This document shows, one piece after another, positions 11,305 through 21,375 of a DNA stretch of 64,000 nucleotides. Positions within the stretch are counted from its first letter, which is position 1. Every line of letters starts with the position of its first letter. Below the pieces are notes generated by a model. The model was given only the letters and a program-made list of their open reading frames with translations, was not told where the DNA came from and did not search any database. The position numbers were made by a program, and so were the translations under genes. This DNA is from a bacterium (GTDB taxonomy: Bacteria > UBA8248 > JACPRG01 > G963555815). Location: assembly GCA_963555815.3 (NCBI GenBank), contig CAUVWX020000001.1, forward strand, positions 1,184,001 to 1,248,000, written 5' to 3'.

Positions 11305-12110
11305 TCCGGGCCATCCTAGCTGGGGCTGCCGGACGCATGGGAGAACGCATCCTCCATGCCCTGGTCGAGTCAAAAGATTTCGAGCTCGGCGGGGCCTGCG
11401 AGCGATCCGATCACCCGGCGGTGGGGCAGGATGTGGGAACGCTGGCAGGTCTGGGCCACCTCGGTGTTCCCATCGCCGCTAGCCTGGATGAGATTATCGA
11501 GCGAGGAGATGTCCTCATCGACTTCACCACCCCCTCCGCCTCGATCTCTCACCTGAAGACAGTGGCCAAAAAGGGGAGGGCCGCGGTGGTCGGGACAACG
11601 GGCTTTGACGAGGCCCAGCGAAAGACCGTCCAGTCTCTAGGGGATTCACTTCGCGCCGTCATTTCCCCCAACATGAGCGTCGGCGTCAACGTGATGCTGC
11701 GCCTCACGGCAGAAGCGGCTAGGCTCCTTGGGCCCGATTTCGATGTAGAGGTCTTGGAGGCCCATCACAGCCAGAAGAAGGACGCCCCGAGCGGGACCGC
11801 CCTCGCCCTCGCCAGCGCTGTGGCTGCCAGCCAGGGGCGGAGCCTGGAGGAGGTGGGGGTCTTTGGCCGAAAGGGCCTCATCGGCGAGCGCAAGAAGGGC
11901 GAGATTGGCATCATGAGCCTTCGGGCTGGAGACCAGGTCGGAGAGCATCTGGTCATGTTCGCGGGAGTGGGAGAGCGCCTGGAAGTGGTCCACCGCGCCC
12001 ATAGCCGGGACAACTTCGCTCGAGGGGCCATTCGGGCTGCGCGCTGGGTCGTTGACCAGCCCCCGGGGGTCTACTCCATGGCCAATGTCCTGGGCCTGTC
12101 TGAGCGCTGA
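11301..12110 (+). CDS. dapB: 4-hydroxy-tetrahydrodipicolinate reductase
   Basis: GAAGRMG, DFT, GTTG, EAHHSQKKDAPSGTA, FARGA. Confidence 0.96.
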   Translation: MIRAILAGAAGRMGERILHALVESKDFELGGACERSDHPAVGQDVGTLAGLGHLGVPIAASLDEIIERGDVLIDFTTPSASISHLKTVAKKGRAAVVGTTGFDEAQRKTVQSLGDSLRAVISPNMSVGVNVMLRLTAEAARLLGPDFDVEVLEAHHSQKKDAPSGTALALASAVAASQGRSLEEVGVFGRKGLIGERKKGEIGIMSLRAGDQVGEHLVMFAGVGERLEVVHRAHSRDNFARGAIRAARWVVDQPPGVYSMANVLGLSER

Positions 12111-12113
12111 CAA

Positions 12114-12141
12114 TTTAGACATAATCTATTTTATTTCCAAT
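12114..12141 (-). other. dif-like XerC/XerD site
   Basis: Minus strand ATTGGAAATAA-AATAGA-TTATGTCTAAA: 11-6-11 layout with ATAA/TTATGT inner arms, in an AT-rich gap between convergent genes. Confidence 0.5.
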
Positions 12142-12191
12142 ATATTAGATCAAATTCTTAAAGTAATAGATGAATAGATCTAATCACTCCT

Positions 12192-12951
12192 TCATTCCCC
12201 CTCAAAGTAGTCCCGTGCCGCTTGAAGACCGAGGGGGGACCCCGCGTCAAAACCCCTCCCTTGAAGTTCTACCGCAAGGACCTCCCTCTCCTGGATGAGC
12301 CTTTGGATGAGAGGGACGTCGTCGAGCTCCCCTTTTTTAGGCTTCATCTGTTGGATGAGGTCAAGAAGGTGCGGGAAGTGGACGGCGCGCGGGAAGAGCC
12401 GCGGGCGTCTTTGAGCCGTCAAAACTTTGAAGCGATCTGGGCCTTTGTCCCCCAGGTGCAGGATCCGACGAACGGCTCCTCCTTCCTCCAGCTTCACGGC
12501 GCCTGAGTTTTGCAGGACATCCTCATTTTGTCACCCAAGTGAAGCCGATGCAGTCCCTCTGCTGTTTCTGAAAGGCTTTCAGAACCTGCGCGAGGCCAGG
12601 TTCATGGCCGGCGAAGAGGGTGTCGGGCAAAAGGAGGGCAAAGGGTTTTTCGCCCAAGAACTCTCGGCAGCGGCCCTCGGCCTCAGCAAGGCCGAGAGGT
12701 TCCGGCTGAAGGACGGCAGTGACCTTCAGTGCGGGCGGTGCCTCGGCCCGAAGGATGGAAAGGAGATTTAGTTTTGTTGGACTCAGGACCAGAAGGGCCT
12801 CCTGAATCCCGGAGGCCGCTGCCTCCTGGAGGGCGTGGACGGCGAGGGGGACGCCCGCCACGGGGAGCATCTCCTTCGCGCCCCCCCGCGTCAGCTCCCG
12901 CATTCTCATCCCCCTTCCGGCCATGGGGATGATGACTTTTTGCACGTCCAT
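12192..12951 (-). CDS. Sugar-phosphate nucleotidyltransferase (GalU/RmlA-like), split by a +1 frameshift near 12523
   Basis: VIIPMAGRGMRM..KEMLPV, QPEPLGLA, LLLPD in the first frame; GELDDV..FDAGSPLG C-terminus in the +1 frame. Confidence 0.75.
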
Positions 12952-13058
12952 TTTCACCGGTGTTTCAATCGGGCGGGCCGCTTTTTTTGAATGGCCCAGG
13001 AGGCAGGGAACCCCAAGCCAGCGTCAAGGGGGTCCCCTCTCGGGGCTCTCTAAAAACC

Positions 13059-13769
13059 TTAGAAGGATTTGGTCTCCCCTGGCTGAAGCTCCACCACCTC
13101 AAGATTGGCGATTCCACGGGTCTCCTTTCGGAGGGTTTCGGGCGTCCCCGTGAGCAGGGGGAAGGTTCCGTAGTGGCAGGGGATGGCGATTTGAATCCCC
13201 AGGAGCCGGCAGGCATAGGCCGCCTCGCGGGGGTCCATCGTGAAGTGGCTCCCAATGGGGAGGATGCCGATGGTGGGCCGGTAGAGTTCTCTAATGATCT
13301 TCATGTCCCCGAAGACGGAGGTGTCACCTGCGATGTAGACCCGAACCCCATTCTCGAACTCGACTACATAGCCGGCCGCCTCGCCGAGATAGACGTTCCC
13401 TCCGTTCTCGACAACGGAGGAGCTGTGCTGGGCGTGGGTCATGGTGAACTTGATGCCCAGAACCTCCTGGGTGCCGCCTTTGTTCATGCCGCTTGCCTTC
13501 TCGACCCCTTTCTCGCCGAGCCAGACGGCGACTTCGTTTTGGGCGACGATGGGGGGCTTATGGGCCTTGGCAAGGGGGATTACATCCCCTACATGGTCGA
13601 AGTGTCCGTGGGTGATCAGGATGAGGTCGCACTTTTCGACCTTTTTGTGGTCCTTGGGACAGGAGGGGTTTTCCTCAAGCCAGGGGTCCAAGTAAAGCGT
13701 TTTGCCCCCCGGCGTATCCATTTTAAAGCTCGCATGCCCGAGCCAGGTGATGCTCAGTGTATCCGCCAT
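13059..13769 (-). CDS. Metal-dependent hydrolase, metallo-beta-lactamase fold (UPF0173-like)
   Basis: WLGHAS, DPW, THGHFDH, AGDT, PIG..FTM, PCHYGTFP. Confidence 0.9.
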   Translation of the reverse strand: MADTLSITWLGHASFKMDTPGGKTLYLDPWLEENPSCPKDHKKVEKCDLILITHGHFDHVGDVIPLAKAHKPPIVAQNEVAVWLGEKGVEKASGMNKGGTQEVLGIKFTMTHAQHSSSVVENGGNVYLGEAAGYVVEFENGVRVYIAGDTSVFGDMKIIRELYRPTIGILPIGSHFTMDPREAAYACRLLGIQIAIPCHYGTFPLLTGTPETLRKETRGIANLEVVELQPGETKSF

Positions 13770-14117
13770 GCCCTAAATCTCCTTGCGGGGAAGAAATGAG
13801 CCCCATGGTCATGAGAAGTGGAAGTTTCAAACCATCATGCAATAGATGAGGTTTCCTGCTGTATCTCCTTTCTAACTCTTGGTGAGTGGCCTTTTCAGCC
13901 CTCTCTCCAACCTTCCAAGAAAACAGTTTAATTTTATCAGAGAAGGGGGTCTTCCGGGGCTTTTCCTTCGGCAGGGGACCTGCTTCATGGAAAGAGGTTG
14001 CGGCTCTTTAAAACCATGTGTTAACGTTACCCGAGATTTTGCCCTAGTGATTTCTGGAAGATGACGGGCGGTCCTTCGAGCGGCGTGGGCGAAGTGCTGC
14101 GGGAAAGAGGACTACAG

Positions 14118-15284
14118 ATGGATGTCCCACGGGCTGATAGGCTTGACCGGTTGCCACCCTACCTCTTTGCCGAGATCGACCGGATGAAGCAGGAGGCCCT
14201 GGAACAGGGGATCTCCATCATTAGCCTGGGGATCGGGGACCCGGACCTTCCCACCCCTCCCCACATCGTCGAGGTTTTGAAGCGGGCGGCTGACAATCCC
14301 GCCTATCATCGCTATCCCGCCTACGAGGGAATGCAAACGTTTCGGGAGGCGGTCGCCACTTGGTATCGCAATCGTTTCGGCGTTGAGTTGGACCCCGACC
14401 GCGAGGTCCTCTCCCTCATCGGCTCCAAGGAGGGTCTTGGGCACCTGCCCCTCGCTTTCCTCAACCCGGGTGAGGTGTCCCTCATCCCGGACCCCGCCTA
14501 TCCGGTTTACGAGGCGGGGACGGTCTTCGCGGGAGGCCATCCCGTCCGGATGCCCCTCCTGGCAGAGAACGCCTTTCTGCCTGACCCGGAAGATTTAAAG
14601 ATGAGCGATGTCCGGCAGGCCAAGCTCCTCTTCTTGAACTATCCCAACAACCCGACGGCGGCTGTAGCCCCTGAGGAGTTTTTTGGCGGGATTGTGGACT
14701 TCGCCAGGGAGTACCAGATTATCGTGGTCCATGACGCCGCCTATTCGGAGGTGGCCTTTGACGGATATCAGCCCCGGAGCTTCCTTCAGACGCCCGGGGC
14801 CAAAGAGGTGGGCATTGAGCTTCACTCCCTCTCGAAGACCTTTAACATGACGGGTTGGCGGGTTGGCTTCGCGGTGGGGAATGAAGAGGTTCTTTCGGCT
14901 CTGGGGGCTGTCAAGACGAATGTCGACTCGGGTGTCTTCCAAGCCGTTCAGGAAGCCGCCATTGCGGCCCTTACGGGAGACCAAGGCTGTGTAGAGGAGA
15001 TGCGGCAGCTCTATGGACGCCGCCGGGATGTGATGTGCGAAGGAATCCGCTCCGTTGGCCTTGAGGCTGAAACTCCCCGGGCCACCTTCTATGTCTGGAT
15101 TCGCGTCCCAGAGGTCTACACCTCGGCCAGCTTCACGGCCCATCTCCTCCAGAAGGCGGGTGTGATGACGACCCCGGGAAATGGCTTTGGGGAGAACGGG
15201 GAGGGCTTCATCCGCGCCGCCCTGACTCAGGACGAGGGTCAGATTCAGGAGGCCATCGAGCGAATTCGGAAGGCTGGCTTCTGA
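14118..15284 (+). CDS. dapL: LL-diaminopimelate aminotransferase (class I/II PLP)
   Basis: LPPYLFAEID, LGIGDPD, NYPNNPT, SLSKTFNMTGWRVG; near dap genes. Confidence 0.82.
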   Translation: MDVPRADRLDRLPPYLFAEIDRMKQEALEQGISIISLGIGDPDLPTPPHIVEVLKRAADNPAYHRYPAYEGMQTFREAVATWYRNRFGVELDPDREVLSLIGSKEGLGHLPLAFLNPGEVSLIPDPAYPVYEAGTVFAGGHPVRMPLLAENAFLPDPEDLKMSDVRQAKLLFLNYPNNPTAAVAPEEFFGGIVDFAREYQIIVVHDAAYSEVAFDGYQPRSFLQTPGAKEVGIELHSLSKTFNMTGWRVGFAVGNEEVLSALGAVKTNVDSGVFQAVQEAAIAALTGDQGCVEEMRQLYGRRRDVMCEGIRSVGLEAETPRATFYVWIRVPEVYTSASFTAHLLQKAGVMTTPGNGFGENGEGFIRAALTQDEGQIQEAIERIRKAGF

Positions 15285-15341
15285 GGCACACGGGCCCTTG
15301 CGCCGGAGGACCGGGACGCTTCCAAAGGGGTCTAGGAAAGT

Positions 15342-15899
15342 TTGAAGCCTCCTCAGGAGATTGAAGTTTTTATCGGGGTAGGGTCGAATCTGGAGGGTCC
15401 CCTGGAACGGTGCCAGGAGGCCGTGAGGCGGCTCGCCGAGGCTGAGGGGGTGACGGTGGCCCGATACTCCCCTTGGTACCGGACAGACCCCGTGGGTTCC
15501 CCTGATCAACCCGACTACGTTAATGGTGTGGTCCAGATTGAGACAGCCCTTGACCCGCTTGAGACCCTCAGGCTCCTTCGCACGATCGAGGACCAGATGG
15601 GAAGGCGCCGGGGGCCTCACTGGAGTCCCCGCGTCATTGACCTGGACCTCCTCCTCTACGGTGACGTCGTCCTCAAGACCGAAGTCCTCACTCTCCCCCA
15701 TCCAGAGCTGCATCATCGGCGCTTCGTCCTGGTCCCCCTCTTGGACCTTTCCCCCCAGGGCCGTCACCCTCTCCTCGAGAGGGGCTTTCGGGATCTTTTG
15801 GAAACCCTTCCCGAGGGGCAAGGGGTGGCCCCACTTGCCTTGGAAAAAGAGAGGGAGGGCCTGAGAGGTCATGGATCAGGCGAGATACATCGCCATTGA
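15342..15899 (+). CDS. folK: 2-amino-4-hydroxy-6-hydroxymethyldihydropteridine diphosphokinase
   Basis: IGVGSN, QPDYVN, PRVIDLDLL, LPHPEL..RRFVLVPL. Confidence 0.93.
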   Translation: MKPPQEIEVFIGVGSNLEGPLERCQEAVRRLAEAEGVTVARYSPWYRTDPVGSPDQPDYVNGVVQIETALDPLETLRLLRTIEDQMGRRRGPHWSPRVIDLDLLLYGDVVLKTEVLTLPHPELHHRRFVLVPLLDLSPQGRHPLLERGFRDLLETLPEGQGVAPLALEKEREGLRGHGSGEIHRH

Positions 15900-16515
15900 A
15901 GGACCCATCGGCGTCGGGAAGACGAGCCTGGCCCAGAGGCTTGCAGAGCGCCTGGATGGGACCTGCGTCCTAGAAGCGGCCGAGGAAAACCCCTTCCTGA
16001 AACATTTCTACCGGGACGTCCGAGGCTACGCCTTTCAGACCCAACTTTTCTTCCTCCTCAACCGCTACCGTCAGCAGCTCAGCCTTGCCCAGCATGACCT
16101 CTTCAGCCGATTCACCTTCAGCGATTATCTCTTCGCCAAGGATCGGATCTTCGCCTACCTCAACCTGGATGAAGATGAGCTCCGTCTCTACGAGGAGATC
16201 TACCTGCTCCTTCGCGCACGAACCCCGATCCCGGACCTCGTCGTCTTCCTCCAGGCGAGCACCGGAGTCCTTCTGGAGCGGATTCGGAGCCGGCGGCGGG
16301 ATTATGAGGGCACACTTTTGCCCGAATACGTAGAGCGCCTGAACCAGGCCTATAATGGCTACTTCTTCCGCTACCGCGAGACCCCTATCCTGGTTGTCAA
16401 CACGGATGAGCTGGACTTCGTCCATCGCGAATAGGAATTCGAAGACCTGGTGAGGGAGATCCTCCTGATGAAACAGGGGATACAGGCCTATATTCCCCGG
16501 GCTCGGAGATCCTGA
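15871..16515 (+). CDS. Deoxynucleoside kinase with an internal TAG at 16432-16434
   Basis: IEGPIGVGKT P-loop, NPFL..FY, QLFFLLNR; the same frame continues 26 aa past the TAG. Confidence 0.85.
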
Positions 16516-16577
16516 GGGTCCGTTCTCCATCCAGTGGTGCCAGAAGGGCTTGCGCTCTTCCTTTAAGAGGAGGGAAC

Positions 16578-17456
16578 GTGCGCGTCCTGGAAGCCAGTCG
16601 GGAGATGACGAAGGTCTCCCTCGACCTTCGGGCGAAGGGAAAGACGGTCGCCTTTGTCCCCACGATGGGGGCCCTCCATAGGGGGCATATCAGTCTCCTT
16701 GAGCGGGCGAAGGGGGAGAACAACGTCCTGGTCATGAGTCTCTTTGTTAACCCGACCCAGTTTGCCCCGGGGGAGGATTACGAGGCTTATCCGAGGGACA
16801 GGGAGGGCGACCTGAGGAAGGCCCAAGAGGCGGGCGTTGATCTCGTCTTCGCGCCCACCGTTGAGGAGATGTACCCCCCAGGAGACAAAACCCCCGTTCG
16901 GGTGGAGGGACTTTCAGAGAAGCTTTGCGGGGCTTTTCGCCGGGGCCACTTCCAGGGGGTGACGACCGTAGTGGCGACGCTCTTTGAAATCGTCCAGCCT
17001 CATCGTGCCTATTTCGGAAAGAAGGATTACCAGCAGTGGGTCATCCTGCGGCGCATGACCGCGGACCTGGGGATGGAGATCGAGGTGATCGGGTGTCCGA
17101 CCGTCCGAGACCCAGACGGCCTCGCCACGAGCTCAAGAAATGCCTATCTCAGCGAGGTGGGGCGGGCGCAGGCGAGGGCGCTCCCGCAGGCCCTGAGGGG
17201 GATCCAGGAGGCAGTGCGAGGGGGTGATAGCACGCCGGCCCCCTTGGTGGCTGAGGCCCGTCGGCTGATGGAGGAGGCGGGGCTTCAGGTTGAGTATGTG
17301 GCCCTGGTCCACCCAGAGACCCTGGAGGATCTGGAAAAGGTCGAAGGCCCTGCCGTGGCCCTGGCCGCGGTCTGGTGCGGACGGGCGAGGCTCATTGACA
17401 ATGTGGAGCTGGGCGAAGGGGAGAAGGAGTCGGGAGGCGATGTTTTCGAGAAATGA
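16578..17456 (+). CDS. panC: Pantoate-beta-alanine ligase
   Basis: VPTMGALHRGH, FVNPTQF, GHFQGV, FGKKDYQQ, SSRN, RLIDN. Confidence 0.96.
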   Translation: MRVLEASREMTKVSLDLRAKGKTVAFVPTMGALHRGHISLLERAKGENNVLVMSLFVNPTQFAPGEDYEAYPRDREGDLRKAQEAGVDLVFAPTVEEMYPPGDKTPVRVEGLSEKLCGAFRRGHFQGVTTVVATLFEIVQPHRAYFGKKDYQQWVILRRMTADLGMEIEVIGCPTVRDPDGLATSSRNAYLSEVGRAQARALPQALRGIQEAVRGGDSTPAPLVAEARRLMEEAGLQVEYVALVHPETLEDLEKVEGPAVALAAVWCGRARLIDNVELGEGEKESGGDVFEK

Positions 17457-17510
17457 GAACAGGGAGAGCAAATCCCTTGCTCCCCCTGTTTGCCGGAATG
17501 CGACGTTTTT

Positions 17511-17669
17511 CTAAAAGATGGCGTAGATGAAGGGGGCCAGCGCCGAGCCCTCGGTGAAGATAATGAGGAAGCTCAAGAGCACAAGCAGGATGAAAATCGG
17601 GGCGAGCCACCACTTCTTCCGAACTTTAAGAAACTCCCAAAATTCAGCGACGATGGCGATCTTGCTCAT
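17511..17669 (-). CDS. Small membrane protein, DUF5989-like
   Basis: EFWEFLKVRKKWWLAPI...SALAPFIYAIF signature; AGGAGG RBS. Confidence 0.85.
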   Translation of the reverse strand: MSKIAIVAEFWEFLKVRKKWWLAPIFILLVLLSFLIIFTEGSALAPFIYAIF

Positions 17670-17929
17670 AGAAAACTTTCCTCCTGGCCACTCTAAAAGG
17701 ATCTGAAACCCCGAGCAGGTTTCAGCCCTTAAAATAAGAACAAAAATCTTCTTGTCATGCAAGATCTTTTTCAATTCTCAAAAAGGGCGCCTTCTTGACC
17801 CCCTTTCCCCCCCCATGCTAGCGTGAGGTAATGAGATGTTGGTATTATTTTGCTGGGCGTTGGACGATCAACTGAGCCATGTCCCTGGCCGCCGGCAGCA
17901 GGGCTAAAAATTCTGCCTGAGGGAAGGCG

Positions 17930-19999
17930 ATGAGCCTCGCAAAGAAGTACACTCTTTCGCCTCCGGCCCAGCGCCGGGAGTTTAGGGTGGATTATGAGGC
18001 CGATCTCAACTCGGAGCAGCGCACCGTCGTGATGGCCCCTGGGGGGCCCATGGTGGTCATCGCGGGGGCGGGGAGCGGAAAGACTCGGACGGTCACCTAC
18101 CGGGTGGCGCGCCTCATCGAGTCGGGCGAGGACCCGCAGCGGATCCTTCTCCTCACCTTCACCAACAAGGCCGCCGGTGAGATGCTCCGTCGCGTCGAGG
18201 GCCTCATCCAGTCGAACGCCCGAAGGGTCTGGGGGGGAACCTTCCATCACATAGGGAACCTCATCCTGCGCCGACACGCAGAGGCCGTGGGCTTTCACCC
18301 CCAGTACTCCATCATGGACCGAGAGGATTCCTCGGATCTCCTCAACGCCTGTGCCACCGACGTCGGGATCAACTTCAAGGAGAAGCGTTTTCCCAAGGGC
18401 AACGTCCTCCTCGATATCATCTCATTCGCCTCGAACACACTGACTCCCCTTCCCGAGCTCGTTCAGCAAAGGTACCCCTACTTCGAAGAGCTTCTCCCGG
18501 AGATCGAGCGGGTATCGGCCCGCTATGGGGTTAGAAAGCGGGAGATGAACCTTTTGGATTTCGACGACCTCCTCACGCTTTGGCTCCGCCTCCTGAGAGA
18601 GCACCCCGCTGTTCTCGAAAGCTACCAGGGCCGGTTCCGCCAGGTCATGGTAGACGAATACCAAGACACGAACCGGCTTCAAGGGGAGATCGTCGACCTT
18701 CTGGGCGCCCACCACCGGAACCTCATGGTGGTGGGAGATGACGCACAAAGTATTTATTCTTTTCGGGGGGCGGATTTCTCCAACATCATGGAGTTTCCCA
18801 AACGCTATCCCGACGCCCAGGTCTTCCGGCTCGAAATCAATTACCGAAGCACCCCACAGATCCTCTCCCTGGCCAACGAGAGTATTGCCCACAACGTCCA
18901 CCAGTATAAGAAACGCTTGCAGGCCGTTCGGGGGGAGGGCCCCCTGCCCATCCTCATCCCCGCCCGGGACGTGCTCCAGCAGGCGGACTTCGTGACACAG
19001 CGGATCCTGGAGATGCGGGACGAGGGGATCCCCCTCGAGGAGATAGCGGTCCTTTATCGGGCGCACTTTCACTGTATGGAGCTTCAGATGGAGCTCACCC
19101 GGCGGGGAATCCCCTTTGAGATCCGCTCCGGGCTCCGGTTCTTTGAACAGCGCCACATTAAGGACGTGACGGCCCACCTCAAAATTGCCGTCAACCCCCT
19201 TGACGAGATCGCCTGGAAACGGATTCTCCTCCTGATTACGGGCGTGGGGAACGCAACGGTCCGCCGCCTCTGGTCTCATCTCTCCAATCTGTCAGAGCCC
19301 CTGTCGGCCCTGGGGACCGACAAGACAACCACCCTCTTCCCGCGGGCCTCACGACCCGCTTGGGCGCGCCTGGCGGGGGTTCTGGAGAAGCTCCGCACGG
19401 AGGAATTACTCAGTCAACCGTCCGAGATGATCCGCCTTGTGGTCGAGGAGAGCTATGAGGAGTACATGCAGAAAAATTTCACCAACTGCACCTCCCGGCT
19501 CGAGGATCTGGAACAGCTGGCCCGATTCGCAGAGCAGTGGTCCTCCAAGGGCCAAGAGGCCTGCGGGGTCTTCCTGAGCGAGCTGGCCCTCATGTCGGCG
19601 GTGACCGGGGAGGAGGCGACCGAGACGGGCGAGGACGAGCGGGTGACGCTCAGCTCGGTCCACCAGGCGAAGGGTCTTGAATGGCGTGCCCTTTTCATCA
19701 TCTGGCTCTCTGACGGGCGCTTCCCCTCCAGCCGCGCGCTTCAAGACGAGGCAGGGGAAGAGGAGGAACGCCGCCTCTTCTATGTGGCCGCCACCCGAGC
19801 CCAAGAGCATCTTTACCTTTGCTACCCGATCCTCGAGATGGATCGCTACCGAATGAGCGTCTTCTCCAGGCCTTCCCGGTTTCTCAAAGAGATCCCGGCG
19901 GCCTTGATGGAGTCGTGGTCCTTGGATGAGGGTCTGGAGGTCTCGAAAGAGGGCTTGGGGGAAGAGGATATCTCCCAGGTCGGCGGGAGCTGGGAGTAA
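17930..19999 (+). CDS. UvrD/PcrA-family SF1 helicase
   Basis: AGAGSGKT, FTNKAA, GTFH, VDEYQD, GDDAQSIYSFRGA, NYRS, HQAKGLEW, EEERRLFYVA.TRA. Confidence 0.95.
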   Translation: MSLAKKYTLSPPAQRREFRVDYEADLNSEQRTVVMAPGGPMVVIAGAGSGKTRTVTYRVARLIESGEDPQRILLLTFTNKAAGEMLRRVEGLIQSNARRVWGGTFHHIGNLILRRHAEAVGFHPQYSIMDREDSSDLLNACATDVGINFKEKRFPKGNVLLDIISFASNTLTPLPELVQQRYPYFEELLPEIERVSARYGVRKREMNLLDFDDLLTLWLRLLREHPAVLESYQGRFRQVMVDEYQDTNRLQGEIVDLLGAHHRNLMVVGDDAQSIYSFRGADFSNIMEFPKRYPDAQVFRLEINYRSTPQILSLANESIAHNVHQYKKRLQAVRGEGPLPILIPARDVLQQADFVTQRILEMRDEGIPLEEIAVLYRAHFHCMELQMELTRRGIPFEIRSGLRFFEQRHIKDVTAHLKIAVNPLDEIAWKRILLLITGVGNATVRRLWSHLSNLSEPLSALGTDKTTTLFPRASRPAWARLAGVLEKLRTEELLSQPSEMIRLVVEESYEEYMQKNFTNCTSRLEDLEQLARFAEQWSSKGQEACGVFLSELALMSAVTGEEATETGEDERVTLSSVHQAKGLEWRALFIIWLSDGRFPSSRALQDEAGEEEERRLFYVAATRAQEHLYLCYPILEMDRYRMSVFSRPSRFLKEIPAALMESWSLDEGLEVSKEGLGEEDISQVGGSWE

Positions 20000-20004
20000 G
20001 AGAT

Positions 20005-21348
20005 TTGCGGATCATTGTGATCGGAGCGGGCGAGGTGGGGTTCCACATCGCCAAGCGTCTCATCCAGGAGGGCCACGACATCGTCCTCATCGATGAGCGC
20101 GAGAAGCTCCTTGGGCTGGTGAGCGAAGAGCTGGACGCCCTGACCATTCAGGGCAGCGGGGCCAACCCCCAGCTTCTGGTCGAGGCCGGCCTCAAGGAGG
20201 CGGGGATGCTCATCGCCGTCAGCAACCAGGACGCTGTGAACCTGGTGGCCTGCCATCTGGCGGCGGAGAACGGGGTCGAGGTCAAAATTGCCCGAGTGCA
20301 AGAGCCCGCCTACCTGAGGGAAGACTTGAAAATTGAAGGTCGGGACTTTGGGGCGGACCTCCTGATTGACCAAGCCCAGGAGGTGGCAAAGACCATCGCC
20401 CGCCTGGTCAGGACGCCGGGGGCCATCGAGGCGGCCGATTTCTTCGACGGCGGGGTCGAGGTGGTGGGCCTTCGGGTCGCCGAGGGCGCTCCTCTGACCA
20501 GGAGACCTCTCCGGGAGCTTAAGGAAGAGGTGGAGAAGCTGAGGTTTCTCCTGGTGGCCATCAGCCGAGAGGAAAAGGTCTATATCCCGCAGGGTTCCTC
20601 GGTGGTAAAATCCTCCGATCTCATCCTGGCAGCGGTGAAACGGGAGGCCATTGAGACCCTTGGCCAGGCCTGCGGCCTTCAGGAGAAGGAGGCCAAACGG
20701 GTCTTCATCATCGGGGGGGGCCAGGTAGGCCTTCACGTAGCCGAGCTCCTCTTAGCCGACGACCATGAGGTCAAGGTGATGGAGGCCAACGAGACCCGCT
20801 GCCATCATCTGGCGTCGCTCCTCCCCGGGGCCCTTGTCCTCAACGGGGACGGAACCGATGTGCGAGTCCTCCTTGCGGAAGGGATCGATGACGCGGATGT
20901 GGTCGTCACCGTCTCCGACGACGACGAGACGAACCTTCTTTCCGCCATTATGGCCAAGAAACAGGGGGCCCGAAGGTCCATCGCCCTCATCAAGCGGCCC
21001 GACTATGCTCCCCTTATTTTCTCTCTCGGGATCGATGCCGCCATCAGTCCCAGGCTCGTTACGGCTTCCGTCATCTTGCGCTACATCTTGCGGGCCCACA
21101 TGTTGGCTGAGTTCACGACCGCCTTCCGGGAGGCCGAGGCCGTGGAGTTAGAAGTGGCGCAGAAGGCCAAGGCGACAAAGAAGCCGCTCTCTGAGCTGGG
21201 ACTTTCGGAGAAGGCCATCATCGGAGCTGTCTCCCGTAACGGAGAAATCCTCATCCCCCGGGGGGAGACGACTCTTCAGGGAGGGGACCGGGTTATCCTT
21301 TTCGCTCTCACCGGGGCCCTTCGCGAAACCTCCCGACTCTTTCGCTGA
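20005..21348 (+). CDS. trkA: Trk potassium uptake NAD-binding subunit
   Basis: Two RCK-N (GAGEVG, GGGQVG) and two RCK-C domains; TTG start. Confidence 0.93.
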   Translation: MRIIVIGAGEVGFHIAKRLIQEGHDIVLIDEREKLLGLVSEELDALTIQGSGANPQLLVEAGLKEAGMLIAVSNQDAVNLVACHLAAENGVEVKIARVQEPAYLREDLKIEGRDFGADLLIDQAQEVAKTIARLVRTPGAIEAADFFDGGVEVVGLRVAEGAPLTRRPLRELKEEVEKLRFLLVAISREEKVYIPQGSSVVKSSDLILAAVKREAIETLGQACGLQEKEAKRVFIIGGGQVGLHVAELLLADDHEVKVMEANETRCHHLASLLPGALVLNGDGTDVRVLLAEGIDDADVVVTVSDDDETNLLSAIMAKKQGARRSIALIKRPDYAPLIFSLGIDAAISPRLVTASVILRYILRAHMLAEFTTAFREAEAVELEVAQKAKATKKPLSELGLSEKAIIGAVSRNGEILIPRGETTLQGGDRVILFALTGALRETSRLFR

Positions 21349-21375
21349 GCCAGGGGAAATTTGGACCTAATTCAT

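Noticed and set aside
16515..16578. panB remnant between dNK and panC
   Set aside because: The gap is ~60 bp with no recognisable panB sequence; the gene is probably elsewhere
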